NCBI GenBank assembly: GCA_965224215.1 | Contig: CBDCYS010000039.1 | Location: 193,705-257,704 of the forward strand | DNA: 64,000 nt | Direction of reading: 5' to 3' | Source: Bryobacterales bacterium | GTDB taxonomy: Bacteria; Acidobacteriota; Terriglobia; Bryobacterales; UBA6623 | Shown here: piece by piece, positions 10,555-20,956 of the stretch | How positions within the stretch are numbered: position 1 is the stretch's first letter | Layout: the number at the start of each line of letters is the position of its first letter | Notes under the pieces: model-generated | Seen by the model: the letters and a program-made list of their open reading frames with translations, nothing else | What the model was told of the DNA's origin: nothing | Databases searched by the model: none | Program-made: the position numbers and the translations under genes

Positions 10555-10656
10555 GGGTAGATGAGATGGGCGAACGACTGTTTCTTATTGAACCACAAAG
10601 GGTGGTAGCGTCCGCGACGGAGTGGCCGTGGTTGGTGGGCGGAATATGGCGACGAC

Positions 10657-10794
10657 TTGAGCCGCGCGCGTGAGCAAGCGGTTGTTGCGGATGGGTCAAT
10701 CCATGGCACAGTGCGAACGCGCGTGATCTATTGGGTTTTCTTTGCGGACGATTGACTTGCTTGCGGTAACCGCTTGCTGACGCGCGCGGCTCAA
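10657..10794. repeat. REPIN 1 (inverted REP doublet)
   Basis: TTGAGCCGCGCGCGTGAGCAAGCGGTT at 10657-10683 and its inverted partner AACCGCTTGCTGACGCGCGCGGCTCAA at 10768-10794. Confidence 0.85.
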
Positions 10795-10898
10795 GGCTGC
10801 GGCGGTCAGAGCGCTTGGGCAGGGTGCTGCTGGACGCTCTTCTGATAGCAACTTGGGATCACCGACGAAACCGCTTTCTGGCGCGGTATAACGACGAC

Positions 10899-11036
10899 TT
10901 GAGCCGCGCGCGTGAGCAAGCGGTTATTGCGGATGGATCAATCCATGGCACAGTGCGAACGCGCGTGATCTATTGGGTTTTCTTTGCGGACGATTGACTT
11001 GCTTGCGGTAACCGCTTGCTGACGCACGCGGCTCAA
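10899..11036. repeat. REPIN 2 (inverted REP doublet)
   Basis: Same doublet, 242 bp downstream of REPIN 1. The inverted arm is at 11010-11036. Confidence 0.85.
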
Positions 11037-11056
11037 AGCTGCGGCGGTCAGAGCGC

Positions 11057-11623
11057 TTGGGCAGTGTGCTGCTGAGACGCTATTCTGATAGCAGCTTGGG
11101 ATCACCGACGAAACCGCTTTCTGTTAGTCGCGGCTCGGCGACTTACCTTCTTACTTTTTCTTGCTACGGTCAGCACCTGCACGGCGACGAGCGGGATTCT
11201 GTGGACCGCTTGAGTAATCAACCGGGAACCCGGATTCTCCCTCTGGACGAGCCACGACACAAGTCCGAAGTCGCGTTGCTGCGGGAACCAGCGTATTCAC
11301 TCGCGCATCAAGAGCGTCTTGCTGTTCTTCAATCGATTCGTGAAGTGTGTGAATATCGCGGCCGGATCCTCGTCGCTTGCCACGTGAGAACGACGCATGT
11401 CCATGTTGTCGTGACGTCGGAGGCAGCGGGCGAAAAGCTGATGAATGACTTCAAGGCGTACGCCAGCCGGGCTCTGAACGAACGAGGCCCGAAGCGGAAC
11501 AAACGCTGGGCGCGGCACGGGAGCATCAGGGGGATTGCGAACCGCGAACAGCTTGTCAAGGTGATTCGATACGTCGTCGAAGGACAAGGGGATGCGATGG
11601 CCGTGTGGCCGCCGTCCGGTTAG
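11057..11623 (+). CDS. REP-associated tyrosine transposase (RAYT, IS200-like Y1/HUH)
   Basis: 188-aa ORF (start uncertain; an alternative TTG lies near 11096). ATYLLTFSCYGQHLHGDERD N-terminal block, HUH motif HVHVVVTS, and a downstream YASRALNE tyrosine. Flanked on both sides by REPINs. Confidence 0.8.
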   Translation: MGSVLLRRYSDSSLGSPTKPLSVSRGSATYLLTFSCYGQHLHGDERDSVDRLSNQPGTRILPLDEPRHKSEVALLREPAYSLAHQERLAVLQSIREVCEYRGRILVACHVRTTHVHVVVTSEAAGEKLMNDFKAYASRALNERGPKRNKRWARHGSIRGIANREQLVKVIRYVVEGQGDAMAVWPPSG

Positions 11624-11635
11624 TTCGAATTGAGC

Positions 11636-11782
11636 TTGAGCCGCGCGCGTAAGCAAGCGGTTATTGCGGATGGGTCAATCCATGGCACAGCCCGAACAAG
11701 TGCGAACGCGGTGGATCTATAGGGTTTGCTTGCGGACGATTGATTCGCTTGAAATAACCGCTTGCTGACGCGCGCGGCTCAA
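11636..11782. repeat. REPIN 3 (inverted REP doublet downstream of RAYT)
   Basis: TTGAGCCGCGCGCGTAAGCAAGCGGTT at 11636-11662 and AACCGCTTGCTGACGCGCGCGGCTCAA at 11756-11782. Confidence 0.85.
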
Positions 11783-12029
11783 GGCGCGCCAACTATAATT
11801 GCTACTAGAATTACTGCTAGTTCTCTGACCGCTTGATAGTTGATCTTTTATAGCCGAACTTGCGGCGTGCGGTTTTGCGGTCGAAGCGCCAGTCGATCTT
11901 CACTCGCTCACGATTGACCCGGCGGTTCCAGGCAGCCGCTTCGCGTCGCAGCGTCGCCAGGTCCGGGATGCGTCGCTTGCCCAAACATTGCCTGGAGAAG
12001 AGTCCGATCTCGATCTCCGCCTGGTTTAG

Positions 12030-12635
12030 TTCAATCACCAGGTCTAAACCCACCGCCTTTCAGGCGGTCAGCTTCAAGCAGTTCTGGATGAGAATGGGGG
12101 GATGGAAGAATATCGGCGAGGAGCGCATTCGGTCTACGACATCAAATATCACCTCATATGGATCACGAAGTACCGCTACAAGGTGTTACGGGGCAGGGTG
12201 GCAGAGCGGGTGCGGGATCTGATCCGGCAGAGCTGTGAAGCGAAGGGAGTGGCGGTGATCCCGGGCGCGGTGTCGCCGGATCATGTGCACATGTTGGTGA
12301 CGGCTCCGCCGCAACTAGCGCCGTCGAAGCTGGTGCAGTACCTGAAGGGGCGGTCGTCGCGGCGATTACAGGACGAGTTTGGAGAGTTGCGGAAACGGTA
12401 TTGGGGCCAACATCTGTGGGCACGCGGCTACTTTTGTGCGACGGTGGGCGCGGTAGATGAAGAAACGATCAAGAGATACATTGAGAGCCAGAAATGGGAT
12501 GAGGACGGGGAAGGATTCAAGATTACAGCGCCCACCGAGCCTTGAGCCGGCTGTGAGCCGGACAGCTTCAGGCGGCTTGAGCCGCAACCCCGACTTTCAG
12601 TCGAAACGTAACCCACCGCCTTTCAGGCGGTGGAT
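12030..12635 (+). mobile_element. IS200-type element (IS200/IS605 family, tnpA only) nested in the IS630 transposase gene
   Basis: 606-bp insert between the WLN and QAEIE codons of the IS630 transposase. A 22-bp hairpin-forming direct repeat AACCCACCGCCTTTCAGGCGGT sits near both ends (12047-12068, 12610-12631). GTTTAG is present on both flanks (12024-12029, 12636-12641). Confidence 0.8.
12102..12545 (+). CDS. tnpA: IS200/IS605-family Y1 (HUH) transposase TnpA
   Basis: 147 aa. HSVYDIKYHLIWITKYRYKVL, HUH motif HVHMLV, and the WARGYFCATVG catalytic-Tyr region. Confidence 0.92.
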   Translation: MEEYRRGAHSVYDIKYHLIWITKYRYKVLRGRVAERVRDLIRQSCEAKGVAVIPGAVSPDHVHMLVTAPPQLAPSKLVQYLKGRSSRRLQDEFGELRKRYWGQHLWARGYFCATVGAVDEETIKRYIESQKWDEDGEGFKITAPTEP

Positions 12636-13688
12636 GTTTAGCCAACTGCCGTGCTTCGGCGTGTAGTGCGGCGGGAAGCAGTCCCAAATCTCCCCGCCGA
12701 ATTCCTCGCCGCAGAGATCGGTCAGCGACTTGCGGCCGTGCGTCGAGAGATTGTCCATCACCAAGTGAATCGTCTCGGCCTCGGGATAGGCCAGCGCCAC
12801 CTCAAACAGCGCCTTGGCGAACTCAACACCCGAACGGTCCGGCGTCACGAACGTGAAATGGCGACCGGCTTTGGGCTCGACCGCGCAAAAGACATTCGCC
12901 GTCCCGCGACGTTCATACTCGCTGTCCCGACGAGACTTGCGGCCCGGCTCGGCCGGCGTCGGCGCACGAACGTCGGCATGCAGCGTGACCGGCTTCTCGT
13001 CGAAACAGATCATCGGCTGCGTCGAATCGTAGGGCCGTTCGTACGTTTCCAGCACGTCTTCCATGCAGGCGATGTAGGCTTCATTGAGCTCCGCCACGCA
13101 CCACATTTTTTTCCCGCCACGGCTTGAGGTCGTGGCTGAGGAGCAAAACACGAATCGTTTCTCGGCCCGCCCGAGGGACCAGTCGTCGCTTGACGGCTTC
13201 TTCGGCGACCAGTCGCACCGTCCAGCGGGCGCGGCCCTTGGGCGGGTCGCTGCAAACCATGGCGATGATGCGCTGACGTTGTTGGGCCGAAAGCAAACTG
13301 GCTGCGCCCGGCCGCTGCTTGTCGTAGAGTGCGCGCTCGAGGCCGCCTTGCTGATAGCGCCGCGCGAGATTACGAACCGATTGCCGCGTCAGCGGCAGCA
13401 CCGCGGCAATCTGCGGCGCGCTCATTCCTTCTCCGAGCCTTTGCAACGCCACCGCTCGCAGCGTCACGCGAACCTGTTCCACTCCGCCGCCGAGAAGCTT
13501 CTTCAGCGCCGTTTGATCCTTCTTGGAAACCTTCAGACGCAGAGCGGGGCGACCCATGCCTCAAGTATGCCCCAAAACATTCTCGTCCGAACATGTTAGT
13601 TTGTAAAATCTTCAGCCGGTCATAGAACTAGAGAGAATCAATATTGAAGCAGCCAGCCATCATGGAAGTCATCTCCCTACTTAAATGG

Positions 13689-14994
13689 GAATTCCGGGTT
13701 TGTAGTGGGTGGATGGCGGCCTGCCCAGGCCGGCATGCGACAATTCCGGGATGCAAGATCACGAGTTGTATCGGCGCATCCTCGGAATCGAGGCTCCCTG
13801 GCAGGTGGACTCGGTGGACTTAGAGCTGGAGGCGGGAGAGATCCATGTTCATCTGGCTCATCCGGACGGGATGGATTGGCCGTGTCCGGAATGCGGCGCC
13901 TCCTGCCAACTCCACGACCATCAGCCCGAGCGGCAGTGGCGACACTTGGATACGTGCCAATATCGTACGATCCTGCACGCCACCCCGCCCCGCAGTGAAT
14001 GCCCCGAGCACGGAGTGCGCGTGGTGAAACTACCCTGGGCCGAGCCCTCCAGCCGCTTCACGACGCTGTTTGAAGCGCTGGCGATTGAATGGCTCAAGGC
14101 GGCCAGCCAGAAGGCAGTGGCCGGGTTGTTGAAGCTAAGTTGGGACGAGATTCACGGCATCATGGAGCGAGCGGTGAAGCGGGGATTGGAGCGCCGACAA
14201 GCCGAGCCGGTCACGCAACTCGGTGTCGATGAGAAGGCCTTTCGCAAGGGCCATCACTATCTAACCTTGGTGAACGATCTGGCACGGGGGCGGGTGCTGT
14301 ACGTGGCTCAAGACCGCAAACAGAGTAGCCTGGACGGATTCTGGGCGACCCTGACGCCGGAGCAAATCGGCGCGGTCGAGGCGGTGGCCATGGACATGTG
14401 GAATCCCTACATCGCCTCGGTGCGGGAGCACCTGCCGGAAGCCGACGGCAAGATCGTCTTCGACAAGTTTCACATCGCCCAGCATCTGGGAGGCGCGGTG
14501 GACAAAGTGCGCCGGAAGGAGAACAAGATCCTGCGCGCGGCCGGAGACGACACGCTGGTGGGAACGCGCTATGACTGGCTAAGGCACCCGGCACGGATGG
14601 AGCCCAAAGACCGGCGAGCGTTTGCGGCCCTGCGGGACAGCGGCTTGAAAACGGCGCGGGCCTGGGCTTTGAAGGAAACGATGATGGCGTTCTTCGACTA
14701 CCGCTACGAGCGGCCAGCCCGAAAACACTTTCGCTGGTGGCACAACTGGGCGGTGAGGAGCCGCCTGCAACCGATGATTGAAGTGGGCCGGATGCTCAAG
14801 CGGCGCTTTGCAAACATCGTGACCTACCTGCGCCACCGCGTCACCAACGCGACCAGCGAATCCTTGAACGCCAAAATTCAGTGGGTGAAGTACACCGCCC
14901 GGGGTTTCCGAAACAAACAGAACTTCGTCAATGCCATCTACTTCCACTGCGGTGGGCTGAACCTCGCTCCCTAGCCACTAAAATGCCGGAAGAG
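13689..14994 (+). mobile_element. ISL3-family insertion sequence, complete
   Basis: Imperfect terminal IRs GAATTCCGGGTTTGTAGTGG (13689-13708) and CCACTAAAATGCCGGAAGAG (14975-14994). Flanked by the direct repeat CTACTTAAATGG (13677-13688 and 14995-15006). Confidence 0.85.
13751..14974 (+). CDS. ISL3-family transposase
   Basis: MQDHELYRRILGIEAPWQVDSVDLE start, CPECG zinc-finger region, LGVDEKAFRKGHHYLTLVNDL, AMDMWNPYI and NATSESLNAKIQ blocks. The track ORF starts earlier at 13709. Confidence 0.9.
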   Translation: MQDHELYRRILGIEAPWQVDSVDLELEAGEIHVHLAHPDGMDWPCPECGASCQLHDHQPERQWRHLDTCQYRTILHATPPRSECPEHGVRVVKLPWAEPSSRFTTLFEALAIEWLKAASQKAVAGLLKLSWDEIHGIMERAVKRGLERRQAEPVTQLGVDEKAFRKGHHYLTLVNDLARGRVLYVAQDRKQSSLDGFWATLTPEQIGAVEAVAMDMWNPYIASVREHLPEADGKIVFDKFHIAQHLGGAVDKVRRKENKILRAAGDDTLVGTRYDWLRHPARMEPKDRRAFAALRDSGLKTARAWALKETMMAFFDYRYERPARKHFRWWHNWAVRSRLQPMIEVGRMLKRRFANIVTYLRHRVTNATSESLNAKIQWVKYTARGFRNKQNFVNAIYFHCGGLNLAP

Positions 14995-15018
14995 CTACTT
15001 AAATGGACACGCCTTGCT

Positions 15019-18000
15019 ATGCGGTGTCTTCTCCTCTGTGTTGTCTTGACCGTGACCGGGCTAGCCTCTGCGGCCGAGTCGGTCACGTTCAACCGCGACA
15101 TCCGTCCGATCCTTTCTGACAAATGCTATGCCTGTCACGGCCCCGACAAAGGCCACCGAAAAACCGATTTGCGTTTTGACAACGAAGAAGGCGCGCTGGT
15201 CGACCTTAAGGCCGGCGGAAAAGCCATCATACCCGGCGATGTCAAAAACAGCATTCTTTATCAGCGGCTGGTTTCCGACAACGAAGTGCTGCGCATGCCG
15301 CCGGCGTACCTCGGACACGACAAGCTCTCCCAGAAGAGATTGGGCTCATTCGCGGCTGGATCGAGCAGGGCGCGCGATGGGAAAAGCATTGGGCATTTAT
15401 CCCTCCGCGCCGCGAGAGCGAACCGGCCGTCGGCGACCCTGCTTGGTCTCAAGTGGGATTCGATAACTTCATACTTGCCCGCCTCGAAAAAGAGGGTCTC
15501 AAACCGTCGCCCGACGCCAACCGGCGCGCCTTGATTCGGCGTGTGTCACTCGACGTAACAGGGGTTCCGCCGACGCCCGCCGAAGTCACGGATTTGGTTA
15601 ACGATAGTTCTCCGAATGCCTACGAAAAAGTGGTTGGCCGCCTGCTCGCCTCGTCGCGCTACGGCGAACGTATGGCGATTCGCTGGCTCGACGCCGCGCG
15701 TTATGCCGACACCAACGGTTACCAAAGCGATGGCTACCGGCATATGTGGCGCTGGCGGGATTGGGTGATTGACGCTTTCAACGACAACAAACCGTTCGAC
15801 GAATTCACGGTTGAGCAAATCGCCGGCGACTTGCTCCCGAACGCGAGGCGTGATCAGATCATCGCCACCGGGTTCAATCGTAACCACCGCACCAGCGCCG
15901 AGGGAGGCCTGGTCGAGGAAGAGTTTCGGGTCGAGTACGTAGCCGACCGTGTCGAGACGACAGCCACGGTTTGGCTAGGGCTAACGGTTGGTTGCGCCCG
16001 TTGCCACGACCATAAGTACGACCCGCTTTTGCAGAAAGAGTTCTACCAGCTCTTCGCCTTCTTTAATCACCTTCCAGAGCGAGGATTGGTCTATAACTTC
16101 GGCAACGAAGAACCGTTGATCAAAGCCCCGACTCCCGAAGACGAAACCAAGCTGGCTATGCTCGACGAAGAACAGGCCGCCGCCGAAAAGGCCTGGAAGA
16201 AACTCGACGCCAAGATCAACAGGACACAGCGAAGTTGGGAGAAATGGGTTCAAGCTTCTGGCGCCCCCGATTGGGCCCCCGGCGACGGGCTGATTCTGCA
16301 CTTCCCCTTGGGTGGCACTTTGCGCGAGGAAACCGGGGTCTACCGCCGTCACGTATCGCACAATCCTCTGAAAAACCCCGACCCGGATCCCCCGCCCCGC
16401 CCGTTCGTGGTCTATGACGAGAACGGAAACAAGGACGAGGTCAAGCGCCGGGACGAGGGCCGCAAGCTCTCTTTCGACAAAGGACCGCTCGGTCAAGCAG
16501 GCCGCTTCGACGGCAAAACACACGTCGAAGGAGGTCCGGGTTTTGAATTTAGCTTTCTCGATCCGTTTACATTCTCTGCCTGGATTCACCCGACGTCGCC
16601 GAACGGAGCCATTCTCTCCAAGACAAAACTTCTCCCGAAAGAAGCCGGTCATGGGCTCTACTTACGTGACGGCAAGGTCTTTCTTTACATCAACAATCGC
16701 TGGACCGACATCAGCCTGCGGCTTTACGCCGACAAGCCGATTGAGATGAATCGCTGGCACCACGTTGCCGTGACTTATGACGGCGGACGCAAGGCCCGAG
16801 GCGTCCATCTCTATGTCAATGGCGAAGAGCAAGGCCAGAAAATCGAGTGGAACGATCTGATCTTCCCCTTTGGGTCGGAAGAGCCTTTCCGCATTGGCGC
16901 CGGCGGCGGTGAGCCAAACTTCCAGGGGCTGATCGATGATGTCCGCGTCTATGACCGCGCCTTGCCGCCGGAGGAAGCCAAGCTCCTGCCCGTGCGCACG
17001 ACAGTGACTGAGATTGCCCGCAAAAAGGCCGGGAAGCGCACGGCGCTCGAGGCGAGCAAGCTTCGCAGCGCGTTTCTCGATCGCGCGGCGCCCGCCGATA
17101 TTGGGATCGCCCGGAAGAAGCTCTACGATACCCGCCGAGCACGCAGGTTGTTCTATGAGAGCATCCCGACCGTAATGGTCATGATGGATAGCGAAGAGCC
17201 TCGCCAAGCCTACATTCTCGAGAGACGCTCTTACGACGCGCACGGCGATAAGGTCGATCCTGGCACGCCGTCAATTCTTTCGTCCTTCAAACCGGAATGG
17301 CCGAAAAACAGGCTGGGACTGGCGCGCTGGCTGGTCGACCGCTCGAACCCGTTGACGGCGCGCGTTACGGTGAATCGCCTGTGGCAGATGTTTTTCGGCG
17401 TGGGGCTGGTGAAGACGACCGAAAACTTCGGTTCGCAAGGTGAAAAACCGCCTCACCAGGACGTCCTGGATTGGCTGGCCGTTGACTTCATGGAAAACGG
17501 TTGGGACTTCAAAGGGACCGTCAAGACGATTGTCACGAGCGCGACCTACCGCCAGTCCTCCAAGACGACGCCGGAGCTTATCGAACGCGATCCCGAGAAT
17601 CGTTTGTATGCCCGCGGCCCGCGCTTTCGGTTGCCCGCGGAAACGATTCGCGATCAAGCTTTGGCGATTTCGGGATTGCTGAACGAAGAGGTGGGCGGCC
17701 CGTCGGTGAAGCCCTATCAACCCGAGGGGCTTTGGGCGGAGCTGACATTTGCCGATAACGGCTATGTCCCCGACGAAGGCGAAGATCTCTACCGCCGCAG
17801 CCTCTATACGTTTTGGCGCAGGACAGTTGCGCCCCCGTCGATGGTCACCTTCGATTCGGCAGACCGTGAGACTTGTGAGGTGCGGGAGGTGCGTACGAAT
17901 ACGCCGCTTCAGGCCTTGAATTTGATGAATGATGTGACCTACGTCGAGGCCTTGCGCAAGCTTGGCGAACGCATGATGAACGAGGGCGGCGAGACGCCCG

Positions 18001-18248
18001 CCGAACGCATCGCTTACGGATTCGCCCTGGCCACGGCACGCCCGCCGCGTTCACAGGAAACCAGCGTCTTGCGACAGGCTTACGGCAACTTCTTGGATGA
18101 TTTTCAGACTGACCCGGAAGCCGCCGAGCAGATGCTCGGCGAAGGCGAGTCGGAACTGGATGAATCGCTCAATCCAGTGGAGCTGGCTTCTTACAGTAGC
18201 GTCGCCAGTTTGATTTTGAATTTGGACGAGACGATTAGCAAGGAATAG
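15019..18248 (+). pseudogene. PSCyt1-DUF1549-LamG-DUF1553 protein with one frameshift (module 2)
   Basis: MRCLLLCVVLTVTGLASA signal and CYACHGPD in frame 1, up to about 15334. The remainder (IGLIRGWIEQGARWEKHW... to ...LNLDETISKE) is in the frame of track ORF 15453-18248. Total length is 3230 nt, which fits a 1-nt deletion near 15333-15335. Confidence 0.8.
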
Positions 18249-18332
18249 TCCCACTGAGCGCTTGTTTTTGGCGAGTATCGCCCGCGGACATTTCGGCAGC
18301 CGGCATTTCCGCAACGGGTAATGGAGTAAACC

Positions 18333-19793
18333 ATGGATCCTCGATTGGAACGCAAGCGACACTTGACCCGCCGGCACTTTTTCGGACGGACGGCTGCCGG
18401 CATCGGTACGGCCGCCTTGGGGTCTCTGCTGGCGAATGACCTTGGTGCCGCTCCGACAGGCGAAGCTTCCGATCGGCCGTATCCTGGCTTGCCCGACCTG
18501 CCGCATTTTGCGCCCAAGGCCAAGCGCGTCATTTGGCTATTTCAGTCCGGCGGCCCCTCGCAGCTCGATCTGTTTGACTACAAGCCGGGCCTCGAAAAAG
18601 TGCGTGGCGAGAACCTCCCGGAATCGGTTCGCAAGGGCCAGCGGCTCACGACCATGACCTCCACCCAGGAGAGTTTTCCGATGGTCGATTCGATCTTCAA
18701 GTTCAAACAGCATGGGCAGTCGGGAGCCTAGCTGAGCGAACTATTGCCGGAAACCGCCAAGGTTGTCGACGACATCGCGATCATTCGGTCGATGAAGACC
18801 GAGGCGATCAACCACGACCCGGCAGTCACCTACATTCAGACTGGCGCCCAAATCGCGGGTCGTCCGAGTATTGGTTCGTGGCTGTCTTACGGGCTCGGCA
18901 GCGAGAGCAGTGATTTGCCGGCGTTTGTCGTCATGGTGACGCAGGGCAGCGGGGGGCAGCCGCTCTACGACCGTCTGTGGGGTAGCGGTTTTCTGCCCAC
19001 CGAGTATCAGGGCGTCAAGTTCCGCTCGATTGGCGATCCGGTACTGTACCTTTCCGATCCCGAGGGCTTCACGCGGAAAAGCCGGCGTTCTTATCTGGAT
19101 GCACTCGGCCAGTTGAATCAAATGAAGCTCGATGAATTCGGCGATCCCGAAATCGCGACCCGAATCTCGCAATACGAGATGGCGTTTCGGATGCAGAGTT
19201 CGGTGCCGGACCTGACCGATCTCTCCACCGAGCCCTCGCGTATCTTCAAGCTCTACGGCGACGACTCGAAGAAACCCGGGACCTTCGCCGCCAACTGCTT
19301 GTTGGCCCGTAGGCTGGCCGAGCGGGGCGTGCGCTTTATTCAACTCTTCCACCGCGGTTGGGACCAGCACGGGAGACTGCCCACCGACCTGCCCAAGCAG
19401 GCGAAGGAAACCGACCAGGGTGCGGCGGCCCTCATCCAAGATCTTAAAGATCGTGACATGCTCGATGAGACCCTCGTCATATGGGGCGGGGAATTCGGCC
19501 GAACGGTTTACTGCCAAGGCCGCCTAACTGAAGACAACTATGGTCGAGACCATCATCCGCGCTGCTATTCCGTTTGGGCTGCGGGTGGAGGGATCAAGCC
19601 GGGTATGGTTCACGGCGAGACCGACGATTTCTCTTACAACACCGTCAAAGACCCCGTCCACATTCATGACCTGCAGGCAACGATTCTGCATTGCTTGGGG
19701 GTGGACCACACCAAGCTGACCTTCCAGTATCAGGGCCGGCATTTCCGGCTGACTGATGTGCATGGCGAGGTTGTGAAGAATATTCTGGTGTAG
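18333..19793 (+). pseudogene. DUF1501 protein with an in-frame TAG (module 2)
   Basis: Track ORFs 18333-18731 and 18744-19793 are in the same frame. TAG at 18729-18731 aligns with the Glu codon of GESGNELSELLP in the intact paralog (here GQSGA*LSELLP). Tat signal TRRHFFGRTAAGIG. Confidence 0.8.
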
Positions 19794-20293
19794 GTCGCAT
19801 TCGGCAAGTTTCGTACAAAACATTTTCGCGGCCGCTCGCGCGGAGTCCACGTGGATGCCTCCTCCACCCGGCTTGCCGCGGCTACTTCTCCCGAAAACCC
19901 CACGCAGCTGATTCCTAGCGGCGGCGAGGGCGGGCTCTTGCCGGAAATAATCTACACGGCATAGGCCCTCCGCCTTTTAAGGTTGACAGGTACTAGCTGC
20001 AAGTATCGACTGAATTAGGGATTGCTATCGATCGTGATTGACGGCGGTCGTGCGTATGGTTTCCCCCACACTTTTGGCGCGTATCGTCTCGTAAATCTTG
20101 CAGGTGATTTGAGTGTCTGGGATGATTGAACACTGTCAGGCGCTCCTGATGATTCAACGACTTGGCGTCAAAGATCAACATGGATGCAGCAGTTATAGCG
20201 TACTAGAGAAAAGATCTGTTCAGGCCGGCGCTAAGTACTGGCAAGTTAGTAATAATGCGCCAGTAATACCACCGGCTGCGATTGTTCGTAACA

Positions 20294-20823
20294 CCTGAAT
20301 TATGCACAGATTCACTTTGCGAGTGTGGCTGCGTTCGTAGCGGGTTGGCGGTCGTCGTGAGGTGGTAGCTCGGCAACTGGTCTTTTGGCTTCTCCGTGTC
20401 CGGTTTCCCTTCCCGCCCAGAATCCGCGTCGTCAACACCTCGCTCGGAAGTGACGTGGTTCCAGTGCGTTACGGCTAGTGCATAAAATTTTATGCATAGC
20501 GCATAGCCAGGCTCTCAGATCAGCGCCCTCCCGACCACCGGCAGCAAGCCGCCGTAGGGAGTCGGCTTCCTGCCGCGGAAGTGGTAAGGCGTCGAAGCCC
20601 CGATTTTATTGGGCCGCGAGGCCGTCACGGCTGGGCCTTGTTGGACGGGCCTTTGGGAGCTATGCTGTTTTCGTCTGGTAACCATGTGGGTGACCTCCTT
20701 GGGGTTGGCTGGCGAAGCTGGGATCTTTGCCAGCCTACCTTTTTACCCCATGTTTTCGGGGGTCCCAAATGGTCTCTTGCGGCTCAGCCCTCCTCAGGTC
20801 CACGCCGCAGTGCATAATTCAGG
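20294..20823 (-). mobile_element. 530-bp non-autonomous (MITE-like) internal-deletion derivative of an IS1380-family element, copy A
   Basis: Terminal IRs CCTGAATTATGCAC (20294-20307) and GTGCATAATTCAGG (20810-20823), identical to those of the full element at 26029-27828. 5-bp TSD TAACA (20289-20293, 20824-20828). Retains the 56-codon ORF 20515-20685. Confidence 0.85.
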
Positions 20824-20956
20824 TAACAGCACATATTCGTGGAGAACTTTTAATAAATTATTGATAATTGTGGCCTCTGATGATTTAATCTACCGCTATC
20901 CATAAACGTAGGGCTCATCATGGAGTCCTTCGATTAAGGAAAAGGAGAATAAGACA

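Larger units (their letters stand above)
10651..11123 (+). repeat. tandem duplication, 2 x ~242 bp, each unit carrying a REPIN plus the RAYT 5' region
   Basis: Unit 1 (10651-10880) and unit 2 (10893-11123) are near identical by direct reading, with only a few substitutions. Confidence 0.9.
11817..13557 (-). pseudogene. IS630 transposase, split by an A7 frame change and by the IS200 insertion
   Basis: Three track ORFs are colinear: 13081-13557 (HTH N-terminus ...LKPWREK), 12597-13151 (KKMWCVAELNE...CFDEKP...VMDNLSTH...HGSWLN) and 11817-12053 (LNQAEIEIGLFSRQCL...WRFDRKTARRKF). Removing 612 bp and 1 nt restores a 375-aa ORF. Confidence 0.85.
11817..13631 (-). mobile_element. IS630-family insertion sequence (about 1.2 kb without the nested insert)
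   Basis: Terminal inverted repeats: CTAGTTCTCTGACCGCTTGA at 11817 and TCAGCCGGTCATAGAACTAG ending at 13631. Encodes an IS630-type DDE transposase. Confidence 0.85.

Noticed and set aside
19993-20181. 62-aa minus-strand ORF in the low-GC islet
   Set aside because: It has no SD, an odd composition and no motif. It overlaps the equally uncertain plus-strand ORF, so neither can be supported individually.
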